NCBI RefSeq assembly: GCF_036365525.1
Contig: NC_090406.1
Span: 36,457,515 to 36,521,514, forward strand
Origin: Heterodontus francisci
Lineage: Eukaryota
Direction: 5' to 3'
Length of the DNA stretch: 64,000 nt
The number at the start of each line of letters is the position of its first letter. The stretch's first letter is position 1. Under the pieces are notes generated by a model that was not told the origin of the DNA, ran no database searches, and was given only the letters and a program-made list of their open reading frames with translations. The translations under genes were made by a program, and so were the position numbers. This document shows, in pieces, positions 20,801-32,918 of this stretch.

Positions 20801-23212
20801 TAAAGCAAACCTGAATCAGATCCTCCTTGACTGGAGAAAGCAGCAGCCAGGTCTTCATGCAGAAGAGGAGCTGTCAGAAAAACCTGAAGTAAGAAATTTT
20901 AAACATCCCATCATGGCATTGTTAACCTTTTTTGTCTTTTCGCAATGATTTTAAATTCATCTTGAATAGAAGATGAAGAGCAATCCCTCAATTTGATTTT
21001 TGTAGTGTTAACCAGAATTTATAACTAGGTCATTGCTCACTAATGAGCACATGATGCAGAAAATTTTTTAAAGTTTGTTTGGCTAATGCACCAATGACTT
21101 TCAAAGGTGAATGAGCTTATCAAATGCAAGTATAGCACCATTTTTAAAAATTGGCTTCCTTCAGCAGAGGAATCAAAGTAAAGCCTTTCTGTTCCCTTTG
21201 TTTTAAGGGGATTATAATTTCTTGGCCCTCCCCCAAGAGGGAAGTTTGTCTTGTCAAGGATGCAAATTCTTCAGTCATCACCCCAAAAACAATATCTAAT
21301 TAGCAGATCTATTTTACAGAAATTGGCTATACATACAAATATCCCAAGGCATTTCATGAGCATTAGCTACAGAATTTAGCACTGAGCCACAAGGAGCTAT
21401 TGGGAGAAATGACCAAAAGCTTGGTCAGGTATGTTTAAAGGAGGGAATTTCAGAGCTTGGGGCCCAAGCAGCTGAGGGTATGACTATGGTGGAGTTCCTT
21501 TAAATTAGGAATGGGAACAGAAATCCAGAAGTTAGTAGCATTTGTGGTTACATGATTGGGTGGGGGGGTGGAAGGATTTGAAAAGATGAGCATTCTAAAT
21601 TTTTGGATTGGCTTGTCTGACCATAGATCAGTAAGCACTGGTAATAGAAGGGGACTTTGCTGCTTGTGTACTTAGCAAGTTTTGAAAGTTCAATTTCAAG
21701 GTGGGCCAGGTGATTGTTGCCTTGAGAATTCACTTTTCAAACAAAGACATGGATGAGGGTTTCAGCAACAGATGAGCTGAAGTAGGTGGCCTTGATGATG
21801 GGAGTGGATATATGGTCAGAAGCTCCTATCTGGCAAAGATCAAAGTTGCCAAGGAGAGCTAATGTTGCCAACACTTGTGGTGGGGACCAAAGACAATAGC
21901 TCCAGTCTTCCAATATCTACTTGGAAGAAATTTTATTTTCATATGATTTCAGGATGTCAGATGAGCAGTATGGCCAATAGTGTGAAGTAGAGCTGAGTCG
22001 TTAGTGTACAAGTGGAGCCTCACTTGGTTATTGGATAACAGCAGCATGTAGATGACCACCACAGGTTTCAAGGTCTATTGCAATAGGTAAATGTTGGCTT
22101 TGTCAGTGATGCCCCCCCTCCCCATGAATGTGAGTGGGGGTAGGGGCTGAAGATGCATCCTTCCACTTAGAGTGGAAAGAGATTCCTTTTGCAGGTGGTT
22201 CTCTGTCTAATGCTGAATGGAGATTGGAACCAGGCAAGTCTGCTAGATGGCTAGCTGTTAAATTTATGTCGTCAACGATGTCCAAGGCTTCAGACTATTT
22301 GAAGGACAAGAGATAGTTTGCAGTCACCTATTTGTCTTCAAAGGATGCTTCTGTACTCCGACAAGGGCAGAAACTTTTTTTTTGGGGGGGGGGGGGAAAT
22401 TCAAACATGGGAGTTGAAAGATGGACCTCAATCTGAAGTAACAGCATGTTCAAGGACTTAAAGGGTGCTTGGAGATGGGACAGTAGTTTAAGGGGTCAGA
22501 TTTTCTTTAATGGAGAGGAGATAGCTCTAGGTACTCAAGAATTAATTGGCTTTAAATTCAAGCAAACTAAGTCTGTTCTAGCTTAATTTATTTTTTTTAA
22601 TGTCAGACAACTAATAGCTTGACAAGCTATTGCTGATCCTCTAATTTGGGGTGCAAACATTTTAAAATGGTTCCTAAATCAATTCTTTCCATAATTGGTT
22701 AAGAACTGGCTCTTGCAAATTCCAGGGGAGATTTTCAAGCACTTGACCTGTTGTAGGCTGTCTCTTCCTCCCGACTGCCCCACTACCCTGGTCTCTACTT
22801 ATATGGGATAGACAATTTTTTTTTTCTATTGCAGCAACTTGAATCTCAATCACTGGCCATTACTCGGAATTTCTCTGATCAGCTCCAAGCCATCTGCCAG
22901 TCGCTAGCTTTAAATGTTCGTGGTCTGCCTCAGAATATTGAAGATCAAGTGCAGCACATCTGTAAACTGGCAGAGGAGATCTACAGCTCTCTGTCATCAG
23001 CCACCTCCTTCCAAGAACTGTCCACACAATTCCTGACTCAGAGTAAAGAGAAAATGCTGAAGATCCGTGAGGCAATGGATGGGGTGATGGACTATGTGCT
23101 TCATAACACTCACCTTAACTGGCTTGTGGGACCCTTTATCCCACAGTTGACTGAAGGTCGGAAGCCTTTGTCAACTGAAATGAAGCAATCTGTAACTGAT
23201 CTACCTCAATAG
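17820..23212 (+). CDS. Perilipin gene B: PAT-domain-less perilipin-like protein, 329 aa; join(17820..17879,19554..19776,20025..20212,20748..20888,22835..23212)
   Basis: All introns are GT-AG and phases are compatible (0,1,0,0). 990 nt with no internal stop. Each exon is homologous to exons 2, 5, 6, 7 and 8 of gene C. AATAAA at 23490-23495. Confidence 0.8.
18045..19030 (+). mobile_element. Decayed CR1 LINE 3' fragment in intron 2 of gene B
   Basis: Remnants of SCLTNL, GLEYKSREGTLNFYKPLVRPQLQYCILFWS, LERVQRKFTK. Confidence 0.75.
19554..19776 (+). CDS. Gene B exon (shortened 11-mer-repeat region to LPMTKEEL)
   Basis: TTACAG acceptor; VLVKTRNP...SKSEELVDYYLPMTKEEL; G/GTAAC donor; 223 nt. Confidence 0.85.
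20025..20212 (+). CDS. Gene B exon ([10 protein letters not shown] motif)
   Basis: TTTCAG acceptor; CTG/GTAAG donor; 188 nt, same length as the gene C counterpart. Confidence 0.9.
20748..20888 (+). CDS. Gene B exon (IERAKKGAES...DWRKQQPG...EKPE)
   Basis: TTCTAG acceptor; GAA/GTAAG donor; 141 nt; homologous to 44170-44307. Confidence 0.85.
22835..23212 (+). CDS. Gene B terminal exon
   Basis: Poly-T plus TTGCAG acceptor; QLESQSLAITR...[20 protein letters not shown]...DLPQ*. Confidence 0.9.
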   Translation, partial: QLESQSLAITRNFSDQLQAICQSLALNVRGLPQNIEDQVQHICKLAEEIYSSLSSATSFQELSTQFLTQSKEKMLKIREAMDGVMDYVLHNTHLNWLVGPFIPQLTEGRKPLSTEMKQSVTDLPQ

Positions 23213-24699
23213 ATCAGGATTTTCCTTCCAGCACTTGCCAGGATGGGTATTTATCTAGAAATGTATAATCTTTAGTGTTTGTCATGATTACTGTAGGTTA
23301 TATTTAATGTATAACAGTTGGCCTGAAAAGGACAGTTCTGATGGCCAACTAGATGTAGCAAAGCTGTTGAATATTTACAATTGTTGTCCATATGACTAAT
23401 CTTAAACTTGTTACAGGTTTCCTACTAATATCTGACTACTAGAAGATGCTGACTTGATACTTCTCTGTAGTGCAATTTTCACTAATTGTAATAAACAAAT
23501 GCATCCAAAACAAATGAAATGTTACCTAAATTACTCCGCCTCTCTCATAACCCCTAAATGCATGACTCTAACTAGGATATTGGACACTTTTTTTTTATTC
23601 ACAAGACTTATTTGCAGCAGTCTATGCTTTTTTTAAAAAAAACTTCCAAGAGCAGAACCTGTTCTCCTCCTGCAAGGGCTTGAGTCTTAGAAATTGTATG
23701 TCTCCAATATTCTTGTAATCACTTCAGTTAACACTAATCCTTTTGGTGCAGAAACAGCTGCTGCACATTGGCTTCACCAAAGCCCCACCAGCTCTCAATG
23801 GAGCAAATCAAATACGAGTTTCATAATTTCCAGTCTTTGCTCTTTAGGGTGACCCAACTTTTAGCATACTGATCTACCTTTCTTCCTTTATACCATCTGG
23901 AATAGAATGCCAGCAATAGTTTATTCCAAGCCCCTCTCCTAATAGCTGGGTTTATAAAAAAAAAAAAATCATATTGACCCAGGGTGCAGCTTGATGTGTA
24001 ATACTCTGATTTAATAAAAAATCTGACTTCCCCCACTCACTTGTTCAATTTCCTAAAGTTTAAAAACAAGAAATACTGGAAATATTCAGGTCTGGCAGCA
24101 TATGTGGAAAGAGAAGCAGAGTTAATGTTTTGGGGTCAGTGACCCTTCAGAATTGTGTGCCTTTTTCTTCAGACAGTATATTCCATCAGTGTGATTAGTT
24201 TTAAACAAACTGACCAACCACAAAGCTACTGTTTAAGTGTTCCCTATGACTGGTGGCAAAGGGGGGGCAGCGGGGAAGATATTGGGGGAATCACGCTTAT
24301 TCCTGCCATCTATCTGGAATACTCAATATCGCTACAAGAAGTGTGGGGGTAGACATTGACTACTTTCAGCAAGCAAAAAGATGCCAGCTATCTCTCTCTC
24401 AATCAGTGTCCAACATAATGAGAAAGTAAGTCAATAAATTAATCTTTTAATCTTTAAAACTTCACAAATAGAGTTTTGATTTTAATAGCAACATTTTTTT
24501 AATGCTTTTATCTTTCCAAATTATCTCTGCTTTCTTCCCCTCCCAAGTAAGACAAAAATTGTAACTTTCCACCCCCCCCCCCCCCCCCCCCCCCACACCA
24601 ATCCAAAAGGTTGGACAACCCTGCTTTTATTCTTTCCCCTGCCCCCTGATTTCTCCTACTTTTTTTTTTGGACCATCCTTTTTAAATGTGTTCTGATTC

Positions 24700-25780
24700 C
24701 AGATCCCTTTCTGGAAAGAAATAAACTATCAAATCTGTTACCAAAAAAATTATTAACTCTCCTGCTCTATGGAGAATAACCCTAGCTTCTCCAATCTTTC
24801 CATGGAACTAAAGTCTCTCATCTGTGGTACTATTCTGGTCAATCTCTTCTGTGTCCTCTCCTAAAGTGTGGTACCCAAAATGCCACATGTCCAGATGGTG
24901 CCTAATCTGTCTGTGTGCGTGCATATTTCCTTGCTTTTGTACTCTATGCCTCTATTTCCAAAGACTAGGATTCAGTATGCATTTTTAATAGCTTCTCAGC
25001 TTGTCCTGTATGTACATCCCTAAGTCTTTGTTCCTACACTCCTTTAAAAGATATACCATTTATTTTAGATTCTCCTCTTTTCGTCCTATGAAAATGAATA
25101 GCTTCACATTTTTGTTAAATTTCATCTCCCATGCGTCTGTCTATTTCACCAGTCTGCTCTCCTGAAGATGGTTACAACCCTCATTGTTTACATTTGAGTT
25201 GTCATCGGCAAATTTTGAAATTATGCCCTGTATACCCCAGTCTGTCATTTTAATTTTTTTTAAAAGCTGGTGTCCTAACCCCAAGCCCTAGGGGTTGCTG
25301 CTGCACACATCCCTCTAATTTGAAAATAACCATTCACCACTACACTGCTTTGTGTCCCTTAGCCAATGTCATGTCCCTACAGCCACTTCCATGGTCTTCA
25401 ATTTTGCTAATGTGTGTATCATCTGATACTTTATCTGCCTTTTGAAAGTCCATATGTACACCAAATGCATTACTCTTCTCAACCCTTTCCATTACTTCAT
25501 CAAAGAACTCAATTAAGTTAGTCAAACACTATTTGCCTTCAAATTCCAAGTGCCAATTAACTTTTTGTCCAGGATTAATGTCTCAATGTTTCCCACCCTC
25601 AATGTTCGGGTGACTAGCATCTAATTACCAGGTTTATCTCACCCCCATGTTGAATAGGGGTGTAACACTTGCAATCCTTGGCCTTCTGACACTCCTATAT
25701 CTAATTTCCTCAGCAACTTAGGATGCAACCCATCCAGACCAGATGATTTTTCTATTTTGAGCATTGCTGACTTATTAGGT
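24700..25780 (-). mobile_element. Decayed CR1 LINE fragment
   Basis: Minus-strand LTNLIEFFDEV...MDFQKA remnant plus CR1-like 3' region. Confidence 0.7.
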
Positions 25781-25959
25781 ACCTCCTTTATTTTATGGTT
25801 TAATGGCGTGAATATTTAATAAAATGTGCAATCATACATCAACCATGTGTAAAAATGGATTGTTGCAAAGAAAATTTAGTCAGCAATAGTGCAATGCACC
25901 TTCAAAAGGAACAAGGTCCTATGACAAATCACCCTCTTGGATAGCCTGTAAGATTTTTT

Positions 25960-27370
25960 TTTTTTGTTCTTCCATGGGATGTGAGCATCACTGGTAAGGC
26001 CAGCATTTGTTACCCATCCCCAGTTGCTCCTGAAGATGGTGGTGAGCCACCTTCTTGGACCGTTACAGTCCATCTGGTGCAGGTGCACCCACTGTGCTGT
26101 TAGAGTTCCAGGTTTCTAACCCAGCAACAGTGAAGGAACAGCAATATATTTCCAGGTCAGGATGATGTGTGGCTTGGAAGGAATTTTGTGTGGTATTCCC
26201 ACACATCTGCCCTGGTGGTAGAGGTCACTGGTTGGTTTGAAAGGAGCTGTTGAAGCAGTCTTGGTGAGTTGCTGCAGTACATCTTGTATATGGTACACAC
26301 TATTGCTACTATGTGCTGGTTGTGGATGGGGTGCTGATCAAGCAGACTGCTTTGTCCTGGATGGTGTTGCACTTGAGTGTTGGAGCTACACTCATCCAGG
26401 CAAATAGAAAGTATTCCATCACACTCTTGGCTTGTACCTTGTAGATGGTGGATAGGCTTGGGGAGGCAGGAGGTGGGTTACTCACCAGAGTTCCCAGCCT
26501 TTGAACTACTCTTGTAGCCATAGTATTATATGGCTGATCGAGTTAAGTTTCTTGTCAATGGTAACTCCCAGCATATTGATGGTGGGGGAGTCAGTGAAGG
26601 TAATGCTATTGAATGTCAAAGGGTGATTGTTAGATTCTCTGTGGTTGGAGGTGGTCATTGCCTGGCACATGTGTGGCGCGAATGTTACTTGCCACTTAAG
26701 ATCTGGACACCATCCAGGTGTGGACTTGCTGCACACTGACAGACTGCTTCAGTATCTGAGGAGTCGTGAATGGTACTGAATACTGCAAGCATCCCCACTT
26801 CTGATTTTATGATGAACAGAAGGCCATTGACGAAGTAGCTGAAGATGGCTGGGACAAGCTTGCTACCCTGAGGAATTCCTGCAGCGAAGTCCTGGACTTT
26901 AGATATTTGGCCTCCAACAACCGCAACAATCTTCCTTTGTGCTAGGTATGACTCTAACCAATGGAGAGTTTCCCCCTGATTCCCACTGACATCACTCTAG
27001 AGTTCCTTGATGCCACACTGTCAAATGCTGTCTTGATGTTTACGGCAGTCACACTCATCTCACCTTTGGAATTCAGCTCTGTTGTCCAGGTTTGGATAAA
27101 AGTTGTAATAAGGTCTGGAGCAATGTGGCCCTGGCAGAACCCAAACTGGACATCGATCAGCGGGTTATTGCTGAGTAAGTGCCTCTTGATAGTACTGTCT
27201 GACACATTCCATCACTTTACTGATTATCAAGAATAGACTGATGTGATGGTAATTGGCCAGATTGTATTTGTCCTGCTTTGTGGACAGGACATTCCTGGGC
27301 AATTTTCCACATTGTTGAGTAGAAGCCAGTGTTGTAGCTGCACTGGAACAGCTTGGTTAGGGGTATATGC
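25960..27370 (-). mobile_element. Decayed LINE 3' part (family whose tail GATGCCCACATCCCATGAA is shared with a local SINE)
   Basis: Minus-strand QFGFCQGHIAPDLIT..WTTELNSKGE..AVNIKTAFD (RT) and STIYKVQAKSVMEY. The same family occurs at 38745-39280 and 60160-61030. Confidence 0.8.
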
Positions 27371-27849
27371 TTAAAGGCCCTCTCATGGCAAAGTCACAAT
27401 CTTGACAATCACCATACTCAGTCTTCTCATGGGTGACTTCATTAATGACTGAACTATGTGTCAGATATTTGTATTTCTGTCACCAGCTACCTACGAGCAC
27501 CCTATCTCTCCAGCTCTGACTGAAAGGGATGCAGATATGTTACTTATCTCCAGGGCGTTCTCCTGTCTGAGCTGCACTATTTGTGACAACATACTTCCAG
27601 TCCTGTCCATCTTTGCACTCTCTTCTGCAAGAACACAGACCTGCAAGTGAGGAAAAAGCAATGCATTCACCCAATAGATGCAATGTATTTGGTGAGAGTA
27701 ACTAAGACATAAGAATCACATTGTATAAGGGATTTGGCTGAGTGGATAAATGTGGAGGTGACGAAATGCACAGAAATTGAAGGCTGGGTACTGCTTAATG
27801 TTGAGTGGGTGCGAGGAGTGATGTGATGGAGAACACTTAGGAAGAAATG

Positions 27850-28100
27850 GTGAAAGGGGGTGGGCAGGATGTAGTTGAATTTGCAAATGTACTCACTTTT
27901 CCTGACTGCTTAGGTCATTAAACCACTTTCTACATTGCATCCATGACCTGGGCACAATGCTCCTACAGCTCACCTCAGCTACCTTCAATTACCAAGCAGC
28001 AGCTTTCCTCCTCCCATTGCTCAAGAAAATTGTGTCTTCCTGCTCCTGACTGTGCTCAGCAGTAATTCCAGAGAGGCATCATTGCGTCTGAGTGCTGCTC
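27850..28100 (-). mobile_element. Harbinger Myb/SANT ORF remnant
   Basis: Minus strand RSWMQCRKWFNDL, the same motif as at ~14450-14480. Confidence 0.5.
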
Positions 28101-29091
28101 TTGATATACAGGAAGAAAGAAATTGTATTTTTATATTGCCTTTCATGACCTCAGGATGTCCCAAAGTGCTTTACAGCCAATATAATACATTCGAACTGTT
28201 GTAATATTCAACATCCATCCAGTACACATCTAATTTCTATTTGTGGGCTGTCCCTTTAAATACAGATGAAATCATGTCAGAGTCTTGGGAAATTACAGTA
28301 TAGAAAGGAGTCATTCATCCCATTGTGTCTGTACTGGCTTTTTGAAAGAGAAATTGTGTGTGTTCCACATCCTCTCTTTTTTTTGTCTGTAACCCTGTAA
28401 GTTCCTCATCTTCAAGTATCTGCCCAACTCCCTTTAAAAATTTTTTACGGAATCTGTTTCCACCACCTTTTCAGGTAGATCCTGACAACTCCGAGGGAAA
28501 TTTTTTTTCTGCATTTCCCCTCGAGATCTAAATCTATGACCTATAGTTATTGGTCCACTTGCCACAGGGAATAGTTTTTCTATCTAATCTATCAAAACAT
28601 CTCATCATCTTGTAAACCTCTATTAGGTCACCTCTTAACATTCTCCTTTTCAAGGAGAACAGTTCTAACTTTTCCAACCTCTCCTGATAATGAAAGATCC
28701 TTAATTCTGGTAATGTCCTGGTAAACCTTCTCTGTACCCTTTCTAAGGCCTTTACATCTTCCCTGAAGTGTGGTGTGCAGAATTGTCACTGCTCCAGCTG
28801 AGATTTAACCAGTGATTCAATACGTTCGAGCATGATGTCTTTGCTTTTATGTTCTATTTTTCTATTATAAACCCAAGTAACCCATGTGACTCTTTTTCAA
28901 CCAGCTTATCAACTTACCCATGCCACCTTTAAGGATTTGTGTATATCGACACAAAGGTCCCTCTGACCATCTACACTTTTCAAAATTGTGCCATTTATAG
29001 TATACTATATTTTCATATTAGTCCATGCAAAGTCATAGTCCTGTGCTTCAAGTTCCATTGGTCGTGCTTCTGTCCATTTCACCATGGGAGA

Positions 29092-29795
29092 TGGTGGCAC
29101 AGTGGTAATGTCACTGTGCTAGTCATTCAGAGGCTCAGGCTAATACCCTGGGGACATGGGTTCAAATTCTACCACGGCAGCTGGTGGAATTTAAATTCAA
29201 TTTATTAATGAAAAAACATCTGAAATTGAAAGCTAGTCTCAGTAATGATGCCATGTCGATTTGTTTAAAAAACCATAGTCATACAGCACTGAAACAGGCC
29301 CTTCGGCCCACCGAGTCTGTGTCAATCAATAACCACCCATTTATACTAATCCTACGTTAATCCCATATTCCCTACCACACCCCCACCATTTTCCTACCAC
29401 CTACCTACACTAGGGGCAATTTACAATAGCCAATTTACCTATCACCCTGCAAGTCTTTGGCTGTGGGAGGAAATCAGAGCACCCGACGGAAACCCACACG
29501 GTCACAGGGAGAACTTGCAAAGTCCGTACAGGCAGTACCCAGAACCGGGTCGCTGGAGTTGAGGCTGCGGTGCTAACCACTGTGCTGCCCTGGTTCACTA
29601 ATGTCCTTTTAAGGAAGGAAATCTGCCATCTTACCTGGTCTGGCCTACATGTGACTCCTGACCCACAGCAATGTGGTTGACTCTTGACTGCCCTCTAAAA
29701 TGGTCTAGCAAGCCACTCAGTTCAAGGGCAATTAGGGATGGGCAATAAATGCTGGCCTGCCAGCGATGCCCACATCCCATGAAAGGAATTAAACA
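29092..29795 (+). mobile_element. tRNA-headed SINE, itself interrupted by an HE1-like SINE
   Basis: GGTGGCACAGTGGTAATGTCACT...GGGTTCAAAT head; tail GATGCCCACATCCCATGAAAG. Confidence 0.8.
29280..29590 (-). mobile_element. HE1/V-SINE-like SINE
   Basis: Reverse complement GGGCAGCACAGTGGTTAGCACCGCAGCCTC...TTGCAAGTTCTCCCTGTGACC...GAAGGGCCTGTTTCAGTGCTGTAT. Copies at 41082 and 48240. Confidence 0.8.
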
Positions 29796-32031
29796 AAAAC
29801 ATCCTGCCTATATCATCCTGAAGTCTATAACTATCCTCATCACTATCTACTACTTTGTCCAGATCCACGTCATCAGGAAACTTAATAATACTGCTCCCTT
29901 GACCCGAGTGTAGTTAGTTTATAAAAATTGAAAGAGTAACGGACCAAAGATTGACCCTTGGGGAACGCCGATGTCTGGAAAACATCCATTCACCACTTGT
30001 CACTGAGCTAATTTCATACCGATACTGCTACTTTCCCCTTAATTCCATTGTCTTCCATTTTCTTAATGAATCTCCTGTATTTTGTTGAATGTCTTCCCAA
30101 AAGTCCATATATACATTTACTACACTACCTTGGTCAACCTTCTCTGTTCACAAAGAATTCAATCAAAGTAGTCAGACATGATTTTCCTTCAACAAATCTA
30201 CATTGGCTCTCCTTGATTAACCTACATCTTTGCAAATGAAAGTTTATTTTGTCGCTGTTAATGGTTTCCACTAACTTCCCCACCACCAATGTCAGGCTGA
30301 TTGGCCTGTAGTTTCCTGGTTTATCCCTCTCGCCTTTCTTGAATAGTGGAATAACATTAGCAACCCTCCAGTCCTCTGGCACTGCTCCTGTATCTAATGT
30401 GGGTTGAAAGATTGTGACCAATGCCACTACTTTTGCTTCTTTCAGCTGCCTAGGATGCAGACCTATACAGACCAGGGGACTCACCAAATTTCAATAATAC
30501 TAAATCTTTTTAGCACATTTTCTCTATCTATTATTATCCTGTCCATAACTTCCCTCTCCTCATTCAGTGTAACCTTCACATCATCAGCTTTCTTTGTGCA
30601 AAGCACTCATTTAATACTTTAGTAATGTCCCTACATGAAGATTTCCCTCTGGGTCCTTAATAGGCCCAACTTTTTCCTGAGCTAGCCACTTATACTTTAT
30701 CTGTTTATTAAATTCTTGGCTGTTCAATTTAATGTTTCCTGATCTTTTCTCATAATCTCTCTTTGCCTCCCCTATTAACCTTTTCAATGCGCTCCTGTAC
30801 TTTCTGTAATAATCCTGGTTGTCAACTGAATCTTCCTCCTGACTTTTGTCATAAGCCTCCTTTTTTTGTTTTATTTGAAATCTTCTTTCCTTTGTCATCC
30901 AGGACACATTAGTTTTGGATACTCTTAAAATGTTCTCTTCAAAGGGATATGCCTAGTTTACATCTGAACTCTCTCTTCCCTGAATGCCCTTTATTACTTT
31001 GTTATTGCTTCACCCTGCAATCATCATTTCCAATAATACCTAACGGTCCCTTCTTAAATCACTGAAATTAGCTTTTCCCCCAGTTGAGCATTTTTACCTA
31101 CAATATTTTCTGGTCTCTTTCCATAATTATTTTAAACTGAATTATGTTATGGTTGTTGTTGCTAAATGATTTCCTACTGCAACACATCCATTTTCTAACA
31201 CACTCCAATTTCCCTACTTCATTTCCCAGGACCAGATCCTTCCTTGTTTGGACTGGAGACATATTGATTGAGAGAAGGTTCTTCTGTACACATCAGAATT
31301 TCCTCTTTCCCTAATCTCAGCACCATTTTTTCCCAGTCTGTATCAGGGTAATTAAAGTATCCTAATAGTACTCTTTATTTTTGTTGCACACTTTTTTGAA
31401 ATTTATTGACAAATTTGCACATCGGTTTCTTTCTCACTGTTCGGAGCTCCATTAAAAAAACTTCCAATAACGCAACAGCTCCCCCTCTGTCCCCCAACTT
31501 AAATGAATTCGATTCAGTCCTCAAACCATTTAGTATCTCTTTTCCATTCTTCTCAGAAGCTAGCCTTCAGATTAATATCAGGGCTATTGTTTCTATTAAC
31601 GGTTCTGCTCATGATGCACTTCATAACTGATATTGTCATGCACATCAATACAAAGCAATTTTGGGTGCACATCTGCAACAAGGCCAAAATTACTGCGGTG
31701 ATAATAGATGAATGCTTAACACTTTCTACTGACCTTCCTTTATTGGCTATGTTAACAGGGGATTAACCTAATAAATTTAAACAGGTTAACTAACCCCTCT
31801 GTTCGAATAGCAGACAGCTATTCCTATTATCTACAGCAATTTCTAATTTTGTGTTAAATTGTTAAATGTTTGAAATTATAGCAGGCTGACCAGAATCTGA
31901 GAAGTAAAAACATATGAAAATTTGGGTGTGACCCTACATGAAAATTCAGTTCTAAGATTTTGTTTCAATAATTCTGGTTCACCCTTATCCCTTCTGAAGC
32001 TACTGAAAAAATTAGTTTTTTTTTAAACAGT

Positions 32032-32918
32032 TGTTATGCAGGCCCCCACCTGCCAAAAATGATGCACATTAATTTTGTCATATAAACATTGATTTTAAAC
32101 TGTTACTGGTTTAAAAAAAATCACCTGACAGTTGGCTGGAAATTCATTTTTGCATACTAACAGACAGTGCTTGGAGGGACAAAAGAGCTATTCCTTGCTT
32201 CAATTTAACCCACAATGGACTTTGGGCACCAGATATTTTGTGTAAGAAGAGATATTCCAGGGTCAGCTAAGACAAGAGAATCCACAAACAGATGTGGCCA
32301 GACCAGCTAGTCACATGATTAACCTGCCTGGCAACCTGGGTTTTTCTGAATTGTACAAAGAGTTTGAACTAGAAAGACTGTTTGCTCCTGGAGTGAGAAG
32401 ACCTCTCCTGTCTGCTCCCATCTCTTTCTCACAAGCCTCTGGACCCGCTGAGGACACATGAACTTCAAGAGGGAAAAGTCTCCTACATCGAACAAGGTTT
32501 AAGAAGAATACTGGGTCCCAAGACCTACCTACAATCAAGGACTCTACAGCAAGCTCAAAGAACAGTAACCAAAACCATCTTTAGATATTGCCTCAAACTT
32601 TTCCACTTTATTTCTTCTGCTCTTTTCTGTCTCTATCTGCATGTGTGTATCGTGTACGCATGCTAGTGTGGATGCGTCATGTATCCGTAGGCGTTAACCA
32701 AATTAGAGTTGAAGTTTAATAAAGTTCAACCTTTTATCTTTAAACCTACAAAAACCTGTTTGGTTAGTTTTGTTGCCTTATAATTGGAAGTTAGTGAACA
32801 AAGATTCACTAAGGGGGAGCTAAAAAAAAAAGGCGTGTTTAAAATTAAACCCTGTTACAGTAAGACCAGGTGTAGGCTGAAAGGGAACCCTAGACCCCTT
32901 TCTCACCTGGTCATAACA
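32032..32918 (+). mobile_element. Solo LTR (Gypsy-type), best-preserved copy
   Basis: Terminal inverted repeats TGTTATG...CATAACA; 4-bp TSD CAGT (32028-32031 / 32919-32922); internal AATAAA near 32718. Confidence 0.9.

Larger units (their letters stand above)
28290..31500 (-). mobile_element. Decayed CR1 LINE with nested SINEs
   Basis: VPEDWRVANVIPLFKKGERDKPGNYRPISLT...GKSCLTTLIEFF (30134-30487). Interrupted at ~29090-29800. Confidence 0.85.

Noticed and set aside
24572-24594. Long poly-C/poly-G runs (also ~43535, ~22384, ~57520)
   Set aside because: Simple homopolymers, length unreliable, no interpretable structure.
29092-29180. tRNA-like A/B boxes (also at ~41082, ~55878, ~15950)
   Set aside because: These are SINE heads followed by SINE bodies and LINE-like tails, not tRNA genes.
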